A DNA stretch of 64,000 nt from Lewinellaceae bacterium (GTDB lineage: Bacteria > Bacteroidota > Bacteroidia > Chitinophagales > Saprospiraceae), in assembly GCA_024644235.1 (NCBI GenBank), contig JAHELJ010000001.1, forward strand, positions 49,556 to 113,555, given 5' to 3'. A program made the translations under genes and the position numbers. The notes under the pieces are model-generated. The model saw nothing but the letters and a program-made list of their open reading frames with translations, did not search any database and was not told the DNA's origin. Below, piece after piece: positions 1 to 10,008 of the stretch. Position 1 is the first letter of the stretch, and each line of letters opens with the position of its first letter.

Positions 1-113
1 GATTTGCTCCATGCGATCATCCATCATGATATTTATCACATCGGGCAGATCAATTTCATGACGAAGTATCTTGATCGCGCTCCTGAGGCAGTATCAGGGT
101 AATCTGCAAAGGT

Positions 114-770
114 GTGAGTCAAAGCGTTCCATTTCTGGATGAGCTACTACAGCGTTTTCATGCATTGAATGAGAATAGGCGATTCCTGGTTGGATTGATA
201 GGCCCACCCGGTTCTGGCAAATCATATTGGGCAGAAGAACTGATCCGGCAAATTCGGATGGATTTGGGTAGTGATGCTGCAGATGGCCTTGGGATGGATG
301 GTTATCATATGCATAATGATCAGCTGATTCAGAAAGGACTCTATCCCTTTAAGGGATCTCATTTCACTTTCGAAGCGGTACGATTTGTTCAGAAGGTGAA
401 GGAACTCATGCCCCTGGATCGCACGGTTTCGGTTCCAATTTATGATCGAAGCTTACATAATCCCACTCCAAACGGAAAATTGATTAGTAGATCATCTCGG
501 ATAGTCGTACTCGAAGGAAATTACCTGCTCACCCGGATCAGTCCCTGGGATCAGATCCGAAATATGCTCGATTATTCAGTTTATATCGAGGTGCAGGAAG
601 ATATTCAGTACGAACGGTTGATGGAGCGTCACACCCTGACAGGAAAGTCGACAGAGGAAGCTCGTTATAAGATCATTCGAACCGATTGGCCAAACAGCGA
701 ATTGATAGTTCAAAGCAGGGATCTTGCAGACTTCATTTTCCGACCTGCAGCTAATTTTTCCAGTGATTAA
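114..770 (+). CDS. P-loop nucleoside/nucleotide kinase of the uridine-kinase/phosphoribulokinase (PRK) family
   Basis: Walker A GLIGPPGSGKSYWAEE near the N-terminus and a DGYH motif typical of the PRK/UDK family; about 218 aa with a GTG start. Exact substrate unknown. Confidence 0.55.
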   Translation: MSQSVPFLDELLQRFHALNENRRFLVGLIGPPGSGKSYWAEELIRQIRMDLGSDAADGLGMDGYHMHNDQLIQKGLYPFKGSHFTFEAVRFVQKVKELMPLDRTVSVPIYDRSLHNPTPNGKLISRSSRIVVLEGNYLLTRISPWDQIRNMLDYSVYIEVQEDIQYERLMERHTLTGKSTEEARYKIIRTDWPNSELIVQSRDLADFIFRPAANFSSD

Positions 771-1599
771 CCCATGCTCTGGTGCCACGAAAGAGACAAG
801 AGAACGTGGCCACTTCTGAAGCCTTTGTCAGTGCACTGATGAAATCAGGCTTGTCCGACGAAAGGAAGTAGGCGAATGCTCCATGTAAGATATCGCCAGC
901 TCCCAGGGTATCTGCTGCCTTGATTTTCCGGACAGTGATCTCGGATTGATGACCATTACTGAAAACCTGTATTGGCAAGGCACCGTTGGAGATCGCAAAA
1001 TTCCTTTTTCCTTTTTCCAGAAGTGCAGGAATTGGATCTTGTTGATCCGGAAATCGAAAGTTGGAGGCTAAAATTGGATAGTCCACATTGTCAAGCAGCA
1101 GATCGGTGCCAGGCTTAAAGCTTCCTCCATCGAAAACGATGGGGACATACGAATTAAGAGTACGTAATAGTGCAATAGCAGCTGGATGGTAGAATCCATC
1201 CAGTAGTATCACATCAAAGGAATTGATATCAATCGATGGAACGATGCTTATTGGATGAGGTGCGGCCGTGCTGATGACTGTCCGGTCTCCATTGCTGGTG
1301 TTGATCAGCACGGATGAAATGATCGGAAAGGTTTTTTCTTCTTCACAAAGATCGTGATGATTGATGCGGTATTCCTCCAGTTTATGCCGGATATGTGATG
1401 AGAAGGTATGATTCCCTACAGCGGAGATCAATGTTGCGTCTCCTCCTAAAGCATTATATGTAAATGCTGCATTTGTAGCTGGACCACCAATATCAGCCAT
1501 GAAATCGGTTGCATTTCGTTTCGAATTTTCCAGGGGGTGATTTGGTAAGTAATAGATCAGGTCGACAGTAGTCATCCCAATAAAAAGTCCTTTGGCCAT
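751..1599 (-). CDS. PfkB-family carbohydrate/nucleoside kinase (ribokinase-like)
   Basis: C-terminal PfkB signature DTLGAGDILHGAF plus N-terminal Gly-rich substrate lid; 282 aa. Convergent with the PRK-like kinase and overlaps it by 20 nt. Confidence 0.7.
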   Translation of the reverse strand: MAKGLFIGMTTVDLIYYLPNHPLENSKRNATDFMADIGGPATNAAFTYNALGGDATLISAVGNHTFSSHIRHKLEEYRINHHDLCEEEKTFPIISSVLINTSNGDRTVISTAAPHPISIVPSIDINSFDVILLDGFYHPAAIALLRTLNSYVPIVFDGGSFKPGTDLLLDNVDYPILASNFRFPDQQDPIPALLEKGKRNFAISNGALPIQVFSNGHQSEITVRKIKAADTLGAGDILHGAFAYFLSSDKPDFISALTKASEVATFSCLFRGTRAWVNHWKN

Positions 1600-1724
1600 C
1601 TAAGAATCTTTTAATTCAATTTGTACACAAGATAAGACCAAGTGTTTGGCAAAGGTCTATGCCTAATCAGCTGAGTCGGGAAGACATGAAAGCTGGTTAT
1701 ATTTGCGGGGCTGACATCTATTAA

Positions 1725-3524
1725 ATGAGCCGAGCTAATCATCGATTTGATTTTGGAGAAAGACCCAAGATAAAGTGGTCCACACTACAGGAGGTCACGC
1801 GCATTTTCCGTTACATCCGTCCTTACCGGATGTATTTTTTTATCGGCTTGACTTTGCTCTGCTTATCGAGTATGATCTTCATGATCTTTCCTGGTGCCGC
1901 GGGCGAAATGGCAAATGCTGCCAATGGCACTTCCCGGTTCGATTTTAGTGTAAGCCAATATGGTCTCTTGTTTCTGGTGATTCTGGTAGTGCAGGGTGTT
2001 TTCTCGTATCTGCGAACCATCAGCTTTGCTATTGTCAGTGAGAAAGGGATGGCCGATGTGAGGCAAGCCCTTTACAACAAGCTGATTAGCCAACCGGTGC
2101 AATTTTTCGAAGAAAGACGTATTGGTGAAATCACCAGTAGAATTACTGCAGATGTGGAGCAATTACAAGGCGCTTTCAGCATTACCCTGGCCGAATTTCT
2201 TCGTCAAATCGTAATCCTGGTTGTGGGGGTGGGAATCCTGGCCTGGCTGGCTCCAAGACTTTCACTGATCATGCTGGTGTCTTTTCCGGTGATCGTGATT
2301 ATAGCCATCATTTTCGGACGCTATATAAAGAAACTGTCGAGAAAGCGCCAGGATCATTTGGCAAGTACAAATACTATCGTCGAAGAAACATTGCAATCTT
2401 TTGCTGCAGTTAAGGCATTTACCAACGAATGGTATGAGTCGATTCGATATGGCAAGTCGGTACAGGAAATTGTCAAGATCTCGTTATCCTTCGCACGTAT
2501 CAGGGGTTTGTTTTTCATCTTCATCATCACGATTCTCTTTGGTGGGATTTTCTTCGTTCTGTGGCAGGGAGCACTATTTGTAGAAAAAGGAGAAATGCAA
2601 GTCGGTGACCTATTTTCCTTCATCATCTATACCGGGCTTATTGGAGGGGCAATTGCCAGCATAGGCAGCTTATATACCTCCTTAAGTGGCGCATTGGGTG
2701 CGACGGAGCGGATCCTGGAAATTTTAGATCGTGATAGCGAGGTTGAAATGAGAGAAAAAGGCAACAATGATCTGAGACTGAAAGGTGACATCCGTTTTGA
2801 AAATGTGTCTTTCAGTTACCCCACCCGGCCAGAGTTGAAGGTTTTACATGATGTTTCATTTTCAGTCTCAGCCGGGCAGAAGATTGCGCTGGTAGGGGCC
2901 AGTGGGAGTGGCAAGTCGACGATAGCCAAGTTACTCATGCATTTTTATGAGGTCAACTCGGGAAAGCTGCTGATTGACGACCGTTCGATCGAAGAATATG
3001 ATGTGACTGCATTGCGCACAAATATGGCTGTCGTTCCCCAGGAGGTGATTTTGTTCGGAGGGACGATCCGGGAGAATATTTTATATGGTAAGCATAATGC
3101 GACGGAGGAGGAAGTCATTGAGGCTGCGCATCAGGCAAACGCTTGGGAGTTTATTAAGACATTTCCCGATAAACTGGAAACTGTTGTCGGAGAAAGGGGT
3201 ATCAAACTTTCCGGAGGCCAGCGTCAGCGTATCGCCGTAGCCCGGGCCATATTGCGTAATCCCCGCATACTTATTCTCGATGAAGCTACCTCTTCGTTGG
3301 ACGCTGAAGCCGAAAGGTTGGTGCAGGAGGCTCTTCATGTTCTGATGGAAGGCCGCACCTCGGTGATTATTGCACATCGTCTTTCGACCATACGAGATGT
3401 AGACTGCATATATGTCTTGCAAAACGGTAGAATAGTTGAGCAGGGTACACATGAGGAACTATCCGTGATGGAAAACGGTGCTTATAGCTTGCTGGCCAAG
3501 CTCCAATTTGAATCAATAGCCTGA
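1725..3524 (+). CDS. ABC transporter, fused permease/ATP-binding exporter (MsbA/lipid-exporter type)
   Basis: Six-TM N-terminal half; Walker A GASGSGKST, ABC signature LSGGQRQRIAVARA, Walker B ILILDEATS; 599 aa. Confidence 0.85.
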   Translation: MSRANHRFDFGERPKIKWSTLQEVTRIFRYIRPYRMYFFIGLTLLCLSSMIFMIFPGAAGEMANAANGTSRFDFSVSQYGLLFLVILVVQGVFSYLRTISFAIVSEKGMADVRQALYNKLISQPVQFFEERRIGEITSRITADVEQLQGAFSITLAEFLRQIVILVVGVGILAWLAPRLSLIMLVSFPVIVIIAIIFGRYIKKLSRKRQDHLASTNTIVEETLQSFAAVKAFTNEWYESIRYGKSVQEIVKISLSFARIRGLFFIFIITILFGGIFFVLWQGALFVEKGEMQVGDLFSFIIYTGLIGGAIASIGSLYTSLSGALGATERILEILDRDSEVEMREKGNNDLRLKGDIRFENVSFSYPTRPELKVLHDVSFSVSAGQKIALVGASGSGKSTIAKLLMHFYEVNSGKLLIDDRSIEEYDVTALRTNMAVVPQEVILFGGTIRENILYGKHNATEEEVIEAAHQANAWEFIKTFPDKLETVVGERGIKLSGGQRQRIAVARAILRNPRILILDEATSSLDAEAERLVQEALHVLMEGRTSVIIAHRLSTIRDVDCIYVLQNGRIVEQGTHEELSVMENGAYSLLAKLQFESIA

Positions 3525-4540
3525 TGCCGATCCAGGTTATCAAAAATCAGTCGTTGAAGGCCTTCAACACCTTCGGTGTGAATGAAATAGCTGATTCTTT
3601 TGTAGAAGTTTCCAATGTGGAGGAGCTGAAACAGGCACTTGACCTGGGATTCGATCACCGCCTTATTCTTGGCGGAGGCAGCAACGTCCTGTTTGCAAAG
3701 AGATTTGAAGGACTCGTAATTAGAAATAGGATTCTGGGGATTCGCAAACTGGAGCATGCCGAAAACCAGGTAGTTGTCGAGGTTGGTGCGGGTGAGAATT
3801 GGCATGAGTTCGTGCGGTGGTGCTTATCTTCAGGTTTTGGAGGACTGGAGAATCTTTCACTTATCCCTGGAACGGTAGGTGCAGCACCCATTCAGAATAT
3901 CGGCGCATACGGGGTAGAGCAGGATCAGTTGTTCATTAGTCTGGAAGCCTTAGACCTCCAAAGTGGCGAATTGAAGACATTTGAAAAGACGGATTGTCAG
4001 TTTGATTACCGTCATAGTGTGTTCAAAGGCACACTGAAGGGCAGGTACTGCATCACCCTAGTGCGTTATCGATTGACCACGAAAGGTCATAAACTCAATC
4101 TTAGTTACGGTGCAGTCAGCGAAACGTTAGAGAGAGCGGGTATTGGTGATCCTACAATCGAGGAGGTAAGTGATGCAGTTATAAGTATTCGTCAATCTAA
4201 ACTGCCAGATCCTGCTCAAATTGGTAATGCTGGCAGCTTCTTTAAGAATCCTATTGTACCAAATGATCTCTACGATCAGTTGCAGCGCAATTATTCTTCA
4301 ATTCCCGGATATAAAATTTCCGAAGATAACGTCAAGATACCGGCTGGCTGGCTGATCGAAACATGTGGATGGAAAGGTTATCGATCAAATGGAGTGGGCA
4401 TCTATGAACGGCATGCACTTGTGTTGGTAAATCATGGAGGTGGCAGTGGGAGTGAATTACGAGCCCTGGCAGAAAAGATCATCGAATCGGTGAAGGGAAG
4501 ATTTGGGATTACTCTGATTCCCGAAGTGAATATTATCTAG
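3524..4540 (+). CDS. murB: UDP-N-acetylenolpyruvoylglucosamine reductase
   Basis: FAD-binding GGGSNVLF motif and MurB C-terminal domain; 338 aa. Start overlaps the stop of the ABC transporter. Confidence 0.85.
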   Translation: MPIQVIKNQSLKAFNTFGVNEIADSFVEVSNVEELKQALDLGFDHRLILGGGSNVLFAKRFEGLVIRNRILGIRKLEHAENQVVVEVGAGENWHEFVRWCLSSGFGGLENLSLIPGTVGAAPIQNIGAYGVEQDQLFISLEALDLQSGELKTFEKTDCQFDYRHSVFKGTLKGRYCITLVRYRLTTKGHKLNLSYGAVSETLERAGIGDPTIEEVSDAVISIRQSKLPDPAQIGNAGSFFKNPIVPNDLYDQLQRNYSSIPGYKISEDNVKIPAGWLIETCGWKGYRSNGVGIYERHALVLVNHGGGSGSELRALAEKIIESVKGRFGITLIPEVNII

Positions 4541-5613
4541 TTGTGACTTGTGGTATCCGTTGTCGCAGGGTCCGTTTCGGGAAGTGCATAGTCCTTCTGC
4601 TTTTTACCAAATACGGAAACGTTGACATAACGTTTGGGATTGAGCCTGAAATCTTGTAGTAGTAAATCTAGATTTCGGGTTGCGCTGGAAAGGTTATCAT
4701 ATAGCTCCTGGTCTTTCACCAGTCCTCCCAAAGTACCTTCACCACTATTCATGTTTTTCACTAGAATGTTTAGCTCACTAAAAGTCTTCTGGGCCGAGTT
4801 CATGGTCTCTTGTAGGGAGACAATCGCATCCTCGGTATTTGCAAGCGTCCGATTGGTCTTTACCACCGTACTGTCTAGACGACCTACCTTTAACTGTTCT
4901 GTCAGATCATTTAGGTTTCGTAAGGTGTTGCTAATGACCTCACCGTTGTTTTCAAAGGTCTGAGTTACCGCTTCCAGATTCTCAAGTGTTCCAACCAGGT
5001 TTGCCGATGAACGGGCAAGCATCTCGTTGAGTTGCAGGGTGGTGTATTTCAAATTGCTAATGGTAGCACTCAGATCTCGCACCGTCTTACCCAATTCATT
5101 ATCACTCGTTTCGTCCATAAGATAGGTATTCACAGTATCCATAACACCACCAATACCTTGCTTAATTGTTCTCAGGTATTGGTTTAGCTCTTCGGTCGCT
5201 ATCATCGACTGTATAAAGCCCAATTCGACCCCTCGCAGGTAATCACCATCTGTCAGGCAATCGGTAGAACAAACTCCGGAGTATTCCAATCTTATCGCTT
5301 TGGATCCCATCATTCCGCTGTTGAAAAGATGTGCCTCAGTTTTGGGAGGTAACTTCACCTCGCTTTTCACATCAATTACCACCACGATCGTCTTGAAGTC
5401 TTCCGGCTTTAGATAGATGTCTTGCACGGTTCCAACATCAAACCCATTGATGCTAACCGGGTCTGAGACCTTCAGATTATCGATGTTGGTGTACTCGATG
5501 TAGTACTTATTACTTGCTTTGAGCAAGTTTTGACCCAACAAGTATTTATAGCCCCAAATGAGAACGGCAATAGCAACAATTGCCAGCAGACCAATGCGTA
5601 TTTCTTTCGACAT
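4537..5613 (-). CDS. MlaD/Mce-family protein (outer-membrane lipid asymmetry / Mce-like)
   Basis: Single N-terminal TM helix followed by an Mce/MlaD domain (ISINGFDVGTVQDIYL) and a long C-terminal coiled-coil-like tail; 358 aa. Confidence 0.65.
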   Translation of the reverse strand: MSKEIRIGLLAIVAIAVLIWGYKYLLGQNLLKASNKYYIEYTNIDNLKVSDPVSINGFDVGTVQDIYLKPEDFKTIVVVIDVKSEVKLPPKTEAHLFNSGMMGSKAIRLEYSGVCSTDCLTDGDYLRGVELGFIQSMIATEELNQYLRTIKQGIGGVMDTVNTYLMDETSDNELGKTVRDLSATISNLKYTTLQLNEMLARSSANLVGTLENLEAVTQTFENNGEVISNTLRNLNDLTEQLKVGRLDSTVVKTNRTLANTEDAIVSLQETMNSAQKTFSELNILVKNMNSGEGTLGGLVKDQELYDNLSSATRNLDLLLQDFRLNPKRYVNVSVFGKKQKDYALPETDPATTDTTSHN

Positions 5614-5697
5614 AGCTAAATAGAAAAGGGCGTTTACAAGGAAACAAGTGGTGTCTAAATTAGTTGTAAACGCCCCGAAAGTAATAAAAAGTATGAT

Positions 5698-7044
5698 CTA
5701 ACGGCCTAGCCGGATCGCGTCTTTGATATCAATGTGGTCACCATCGTAGTATGCTGCCACAAAGCAATCCTTAAAGCCAAGCGCTCTCAATTTTGTTCTC
5801 ATATCCAGAGCCTCTTCATATGTTGGGGTAGTCCCTATCTGGTATTTGTACATGTTTTTCTCGAAACGAATCATCACATCTTGTACTTTGTCCCATTTGC
5901 CCCCACCGAGTTTGAGCTTGTTGGGTGAGGCGGCTACCTGGATGACATATTCAAGTTTCTTCGATCTTGCCGTTGTACTAGTTACTGTTGAGGCCTCAAC
6001 TTTGGACTCCACTGGTTTTTCCACTGGTTCTTGTTGTGCAGGAGCACTCGGTCCGGGTCGATCCATCTCTTTAGCTACCTGGCGTACAACCAAGGGACTT
6101 TCCTCCGAAATTTTTGTTTGTTGGCTAACCGGGGTTGCTTCCATCTGGTCGTGTTGAAGGACGAAACCACTTTGCTCAATATCATATTTGTATTTGCTGA
6201 AGGCATTAAAAATAGAAGCGGCAATCTTGCTCTTGCCGTTTTCTGAGTTTAGATAGTTCTCCTCTTTGTTATTACTCAGGAAACCCGCCTCAACTAGTAC
6301 GCTGGGCATTACCGTATTTCTCAAGACTAAGAATCCGGCTTGTTTCACACCTCTGCTACTTCGACTGGCATGATCAGCAAACTCCTCCTCGATCATATTG
6401 GCAAACATGATGCTCTGGTCGAGGTGAGCACTTTGATACATGTTGAGCATAATATGGCCTTCGTCGGAATTGGGATCAAAACCATCGTAATGACTGTGAT
6501 AGTCAGCTTCATGCATGATGGATGCATTCTCCCGCCTGGCAACTTCAAGATTATCAGCTGCGCGATGCAGCCCCATGACAAAAGTCTCCGAGCCTTTCAC
6601 GCTGTTTTTGCTTGCCGTGTTGCAATGAATCGAAATGAACAGATCTGCCCTGCTTTGGTTTGCGATGTTGGCCCGTTCGTGAAGAGGTATGAATTCATCT
6701 TTATCACGGGTATAGATCACCTCCACATCAGGATAATGATTCTTGATCATTTGTCCCACCCGCAAAGTGATGTCCAAGGCAACATCTTTCTCATGACTAT
6801 GTTTTCCGGAACATCCATGGTCTTTGCCACCATGCCCGGCATCCAGCACCACCTTTCTTAAGATATATCTTTCGTCGCCATTGTCTATGCCAACCGGATC
6901 GGTCTTTAACAAAGTATTAAAGTTAGCCACTTCAGGCAGCGAATGATCTAACTTAGCAGCTTTAGACGTAAAGTTTGTACCGAAGGCAATTGCCAGAGCC
7001 GTCACCAACGAAAAGATCTGGAAGAGGGCTGAAATGCTTTTCAT
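5698..7044 (-). CDS. N-acetylmuramoyl-L-alanine amidase (AmiC-like, Amidase_3) with C-terminal SPOR domain
   Basis: Signal peptide; Zn-amidase motifs DAGHGGKDHG and SIHCN; a C-terminal roughly 80-aa SPOR-like septal-targeting domain (YVIQVAAS...GFKDCFVAAY). Confidence 0.75.
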   Translation of the reverse strand: MKSISALFQIFSLVTALAIAFGTNFTSKAAKLDHSLPEVANFNTLLKTDPVGIDNGDERYILRKVVLDAGHGGKDHGCSGKHSHEKDVALDITLRVGQMIKNHYPDVEVIYTRDKDEFIPLHERANIANQSRADLFISIHCNTASKNSVKGSETFVMGLHRAADNLEVARRENASIMHEADYHSHYDGFDPNSDEGHIMLNMYQSAHLDQSIMFANMIEEEFADHASRSSRGVKQAGFLVLRNTVMPSVLVEAGFLSNNKEENYLNSENGKSKIAASIFNAFSKYKYDIEQSGFVLQHDQMEATPVSQQTKISEESPLVVRQVAKEMDRPGPSAPAQQEPVEKPVESKVEASTVTSTTARSKKLEYVIQVAASPNKLKLGGGKWDKVQDVMIRFEKNMYKYQIGTTPTYEEALDMRTKLRALGFKDCFVAAYYDGDHIDIKDAIRLGR

Positions 7045-7110
7045 GATGTAGAATTTTTATTTTGTATGACGAAATTACATAATATAATGCAAAAATAGAG
7101 CCAAAAACGT

Positions 7111-10002
7111 TTGAAATCAACAAATTATATACAAATATTTATTTTAATATGTTGTGGTAATTTTGCCCTGGCTCAGGTAGATACTCTTCCGGATCAAAGG
7201 CCTCGCTTTGATCTGCAACCCAATGTTCAACCCGACACTAATCGGAGTATAGCTGGTTTAGTAAGATTTTCAGCTGATACGCTGGATGATTTTGTGAACT
7301 ACGGAGCGAAAGATTCGATCCGTTTTGATAACGTAAATCGGTTGATTTACTTGTATGGGGAGGCTTTTATTAAATACCAGACTTACAACATAACCGCTGA
7401 TTATATCAAGGTAGATCTCGAAAATAGCGTTGCCGAGGCCGAGCAACTTCCCGACAGTTTGAAGCCGAAAGATCCGTTCGATGCTCTGAGTCCTCCTGAT
7501 GAAGCGGCCGAGGCACTACCGGAACCCGAACCCGAACCCGAAGATTTATTTCAGGAGGACACTTTTGGGATCGATTCCCTGTTTGATGAGCAGCGGGATC
7601 CTTTCGCTCAGCAGCGAGTGGCCACCGAACAGGCTACTGAGGACGGAAGAAATAAGGATGGGAAACCGGTGTTTGAGGACGGTAGTACCACTTTCACTGC
7701 TAACCGCCTTAGGTACAACTTCAAAACAGGGAAAGGAAAGGTATATGATGTGATCACTCAGGAAAGCCAGATGTACATTCATGGCAGTGAGACCAAATTT
7801 GTGACTGGCAAGGGCGACACTACGGTTAGCGATGTGGTGTACAGCACCGATGTACTGCTCACTACCTGCGATGCTCCCGAACCGCATTACGGCATCCGAA
7901 GCCGGAAGCAAAAGATCATTCCCGACAAGCAAGTGATCGTTGGTCCCAGCAATCTCGAGATCGCTAACGTACCTACGCCATTTTTCCTGCCTTTTGGTTT
8001 TTTCCCTATCTCAAAAGGTCCTAAGAATGGATTAATATTCCCACGTGACTATGAGTATTCGCAGGAGTGGGGTTTCGGCTTGCGTGATATCGGATACTAT
8101 TTTCCCATCAGTGATTACATGGATCTGGAACTTACCGGTGACATTTATTTCAAGGGGAGCTGGGGCCTTCGGGTGAAATCTAATTATCGAAAGCGTTATC
8201 GCTTCAACGGAGGATTGGATCTGGGCTTCTCCAACCGTATTCAAGAGATCGTCGATGACGAAGGCAAGGTTCTCAACAATCCACAGCGCTCGTTCAGTAT
8301 CACCTGGAGCCATGCACAAGACACCCGGGCTCATCCAAATCGGTCGTTTAACGCCAGCGTGAGGATGCAAACAAATGGATTTGATCAGCGCAACTATAAT
8401 GATGCCGACCGTGTTTTGCGGAGTCAGTATTCCAGTAATATATCTTATCGAAAGTCATTCACTGGCACTCCCTTTAGCATGTCAGCCAACATCAGCCACT
8501 CTCAAAATACCCAGACGGGAGATATGCAGTTTACCCTGCCGGATGTCAACATGAAAATGAATCGGATATTCCCCTTTCAGCGAAAGATCAGGTCAGGCAG
8601 ACAACGTTGGTACGAGAAAATCACTTTACAGTACAACGGAAAATTCGTAAACCGCCTCCGCACCAAAGACACTCTACTTCTTCAGGAGCCCTTGCTGGAT
8701 AAAGCGGAGTTTGGTTTTAACCATGACCTTAATAGCTCCGCATCTTTTCGATTGTTTAAGTATTTCAATATTACCCCTTCGGTGAACTATGAAGAAAGTT
8801 GGTACTTCAAAACAATTCAAAAACGGTTCGATCCTACCTTCGAATCGCGCTTGGACACCATCTACAATGCCGATAGTACTGATTTTGTGGTTATGGAAGA
8901 TACTTTGACATTCGGTACTGTATTAACGGATACATTGAGAAACTTCCGGTCGCTCCGGGAGTATACTGCAAGTGTGTCGCTTTCTACACAAATCTTTGGT
9001 ACGTTAGGAGCCGGTCGACGATCCGGGTGGTTTCGGGGAGTGAGACACGTTGTAAAACCTAGTATATCCTTCAACTTCTCACCGGATTATAGCGACCCCG
9101 CCCGCGGCTATGTGGGAGAGGTACAGACTGACATTCGAAGGCCGGATGACTTGCAGGAATATTCGGTGTTTGAAAGTGCCTTATTTGGCTCCCCGCCACG
9201 TGGGGGCCAGCGGATGGCTTTGTCTTACTCCATCACCAATCTTCTAGAAGCGAAAGTTTTTTCAAGGCGTGATTCGACTGAAAAAAAGCTAAAACTATTC
9301 AACAATATTTCGGTGACCGGATCCTACAATTTTATCGCTGATTCCCTCAAGTTTTCACCGGTGAACATAAGTGGTAATACCAGCTTGTTTGGAGGTCTGT
9401 CGCGAGTGAGCTTCCGGGCTCGGTTCGATCCATACGATATCAACGAATTCGGCAGAAGGATAGATAGGTTCTATTTAAATACCAAGGGAAAACTGCTGCG
9501 GTTTGAAGATGCCAATGTACGGATTAGCACAGGTCTTACAATTGATCAGATTCGAAAACTGGCCAAAGGAGAATCAATCGAACGGGGAGGAGGTAGAAGC
9601 CGCCAGCAGAGGGGAGGAGTGACCGCGCTTACCGATGAATCGATCCTGGATGTCGTGCAGAGCTTTCGAATCGATCACGACCTGGTACTCATATGGGACG
9701 TCGAAGATGGAAATACCAAACTGGACGTAAGAACCAATTCGATCAATACCAGGGGTAATATCCCTATTTCACCGAAATGGAACATCCGGGTTGGCAACAT
9801 CGGCTACGATTTTAGCAGTAAGCGACTTACTTTCCCCAATTTCGGACTGAGCCGTGATTTGCACTGTTGGGAGATGGGATTTGATTGGACTCCTACGAGG
9901 GGAACTTACAGCTTCTTTATCCGGGTACGGCAGGCTCCTCTCAATTTTATCCGCATCCCATATACAAGGGGTACTCAGGATACTGGATTCAGGCCAAGGT
10001 AG
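7111..10002 (+). CDS. LptD/OstA-like outer-membrane LPS-assembly protein (large β-barrel)
   Basis: TTG start and signal peptide; OstA_N-like N-terminal segment (IRFDNVNRLIYLYGEAFIKYQTYNITADYIKVD); roughly 700-aa β-strand-rich, aromatic-ended body; acidic PEPEPEPE linker. Family call is tentative. Confidence 0.5.
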   Translation: MKSTNYIQIFILICCGNFALAQVDTLPDQRPRFDLQPNVQPDTNRSIAGLVRFSADTLDDFVNYGAKDSIRFDNVNRLIYLYGEAFIKYQTYNITADYIKVDLENSVAEAEQLPDSLKPKDPFDALSPPDEAAEALPEPEPEPEDLFQEDTFGIDSLFDEQRDPFAQQRVATEQATEDGRNKDGKPVFEDGSTTFTANRLRYNFKTGKGKVYDVITQESQMYIHGSETKFVTGKGDTTVSDVVYSTDVLLTTCDAPEPHYGIRSRKQKIIPDKQVIVGPSNLEIANVPTPFFLPFGFFPISKGPKNGLIFPRDYEYSQEWGFGLRDIGYYFPISDYMDLELTGDIYFKGSWGLRVKSNYRKRYRFNGGLDLGFSNRIQEIVDDEGKVLNNPQRSFSITWSHAQDTRAHPNRSFNASVRMQTNGFDQRNYNDADRVLRSQYSSNISYRKSFTGTPFSMSANISHSQNTQTGDMQFTLPDVNMKMNRIFPFQRKIRSGRQRWYEKITLQYNGKFVNRLRTKDTLLLQEPLLDKAEFGFNHDLNSSASFRLFKYFNITPSVNYEESWYFKTIQKRFDPTFESRLDTIYNADSTDFVVMEDTLTFGTVLTDTLRNFRSLREYTASVSLSTQIFGTLGAGRRSGWFRGVRHVVKPSISFNFSPDYSDPARGYVGEVQTDIRRPDDLQEYSVFESALFGSPPRGGQRMALSYSITNLLEAKVFSRRDSTEKKLKLFNNISVTGSYNFIADSLKFSPVNISGNTSLFGGLSRVSFRARFDPYDINEFGRRIDRFYLNTKGKLLRFEDANVRISTGLTIDQIRKLAKGESIERGGGRSRQQRGGVTALTDESILDVVQSFRIDHDLVLIWDVEDGNTKLDVRTNSINTRGNIPISPKWNIRVGNIGYDFSSKRLTFPNFGLSRDLHCWEMGFDWTPTRGTYSFFIRVRQAPLNFIRIPYTRGTQDTGFRPR
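7519..7545 (+). repeat. short tandem (GAACCC)n codon repeat encoding a PEPEPEPE linker inside the LptD-like gene
   Basis: ccggaacccgaacccgaacccgaag is directly visible; low-complexity coding repeat, not an interspersed repeat. Confidence 0.6.
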
Positions 10003-10008
10003 AAATAC

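Noticed and set aside
1-112. Minus-strand open frame running off the 5' edge of the window (…MMDDRMEQI), possible start ATG at about 27
   Set aside because: Only about 9–30 codons are visible. There is no motif, and it cannot be distinguished from noise without upstream sequence.
1698-1705. TAtaTTTG −7-like box 20 nt before the ABC-transporter start
   Set aside because: No −33 TTG lies at a proper distance. A single octamer match in AT-rich DNA is weak evidence.
7519-7545. Tandem GAACCC repeats; also GAAGCC repeats near 41375–41392 and an E/G-rich tract at 35080–35165
   Set aside because: These are short in-frame codon repeats encoding acidic low-complexity protein tails or linkers. They are not CRISPR repeats or interspersed repeats, and no spacer-like unique units alternate with them.
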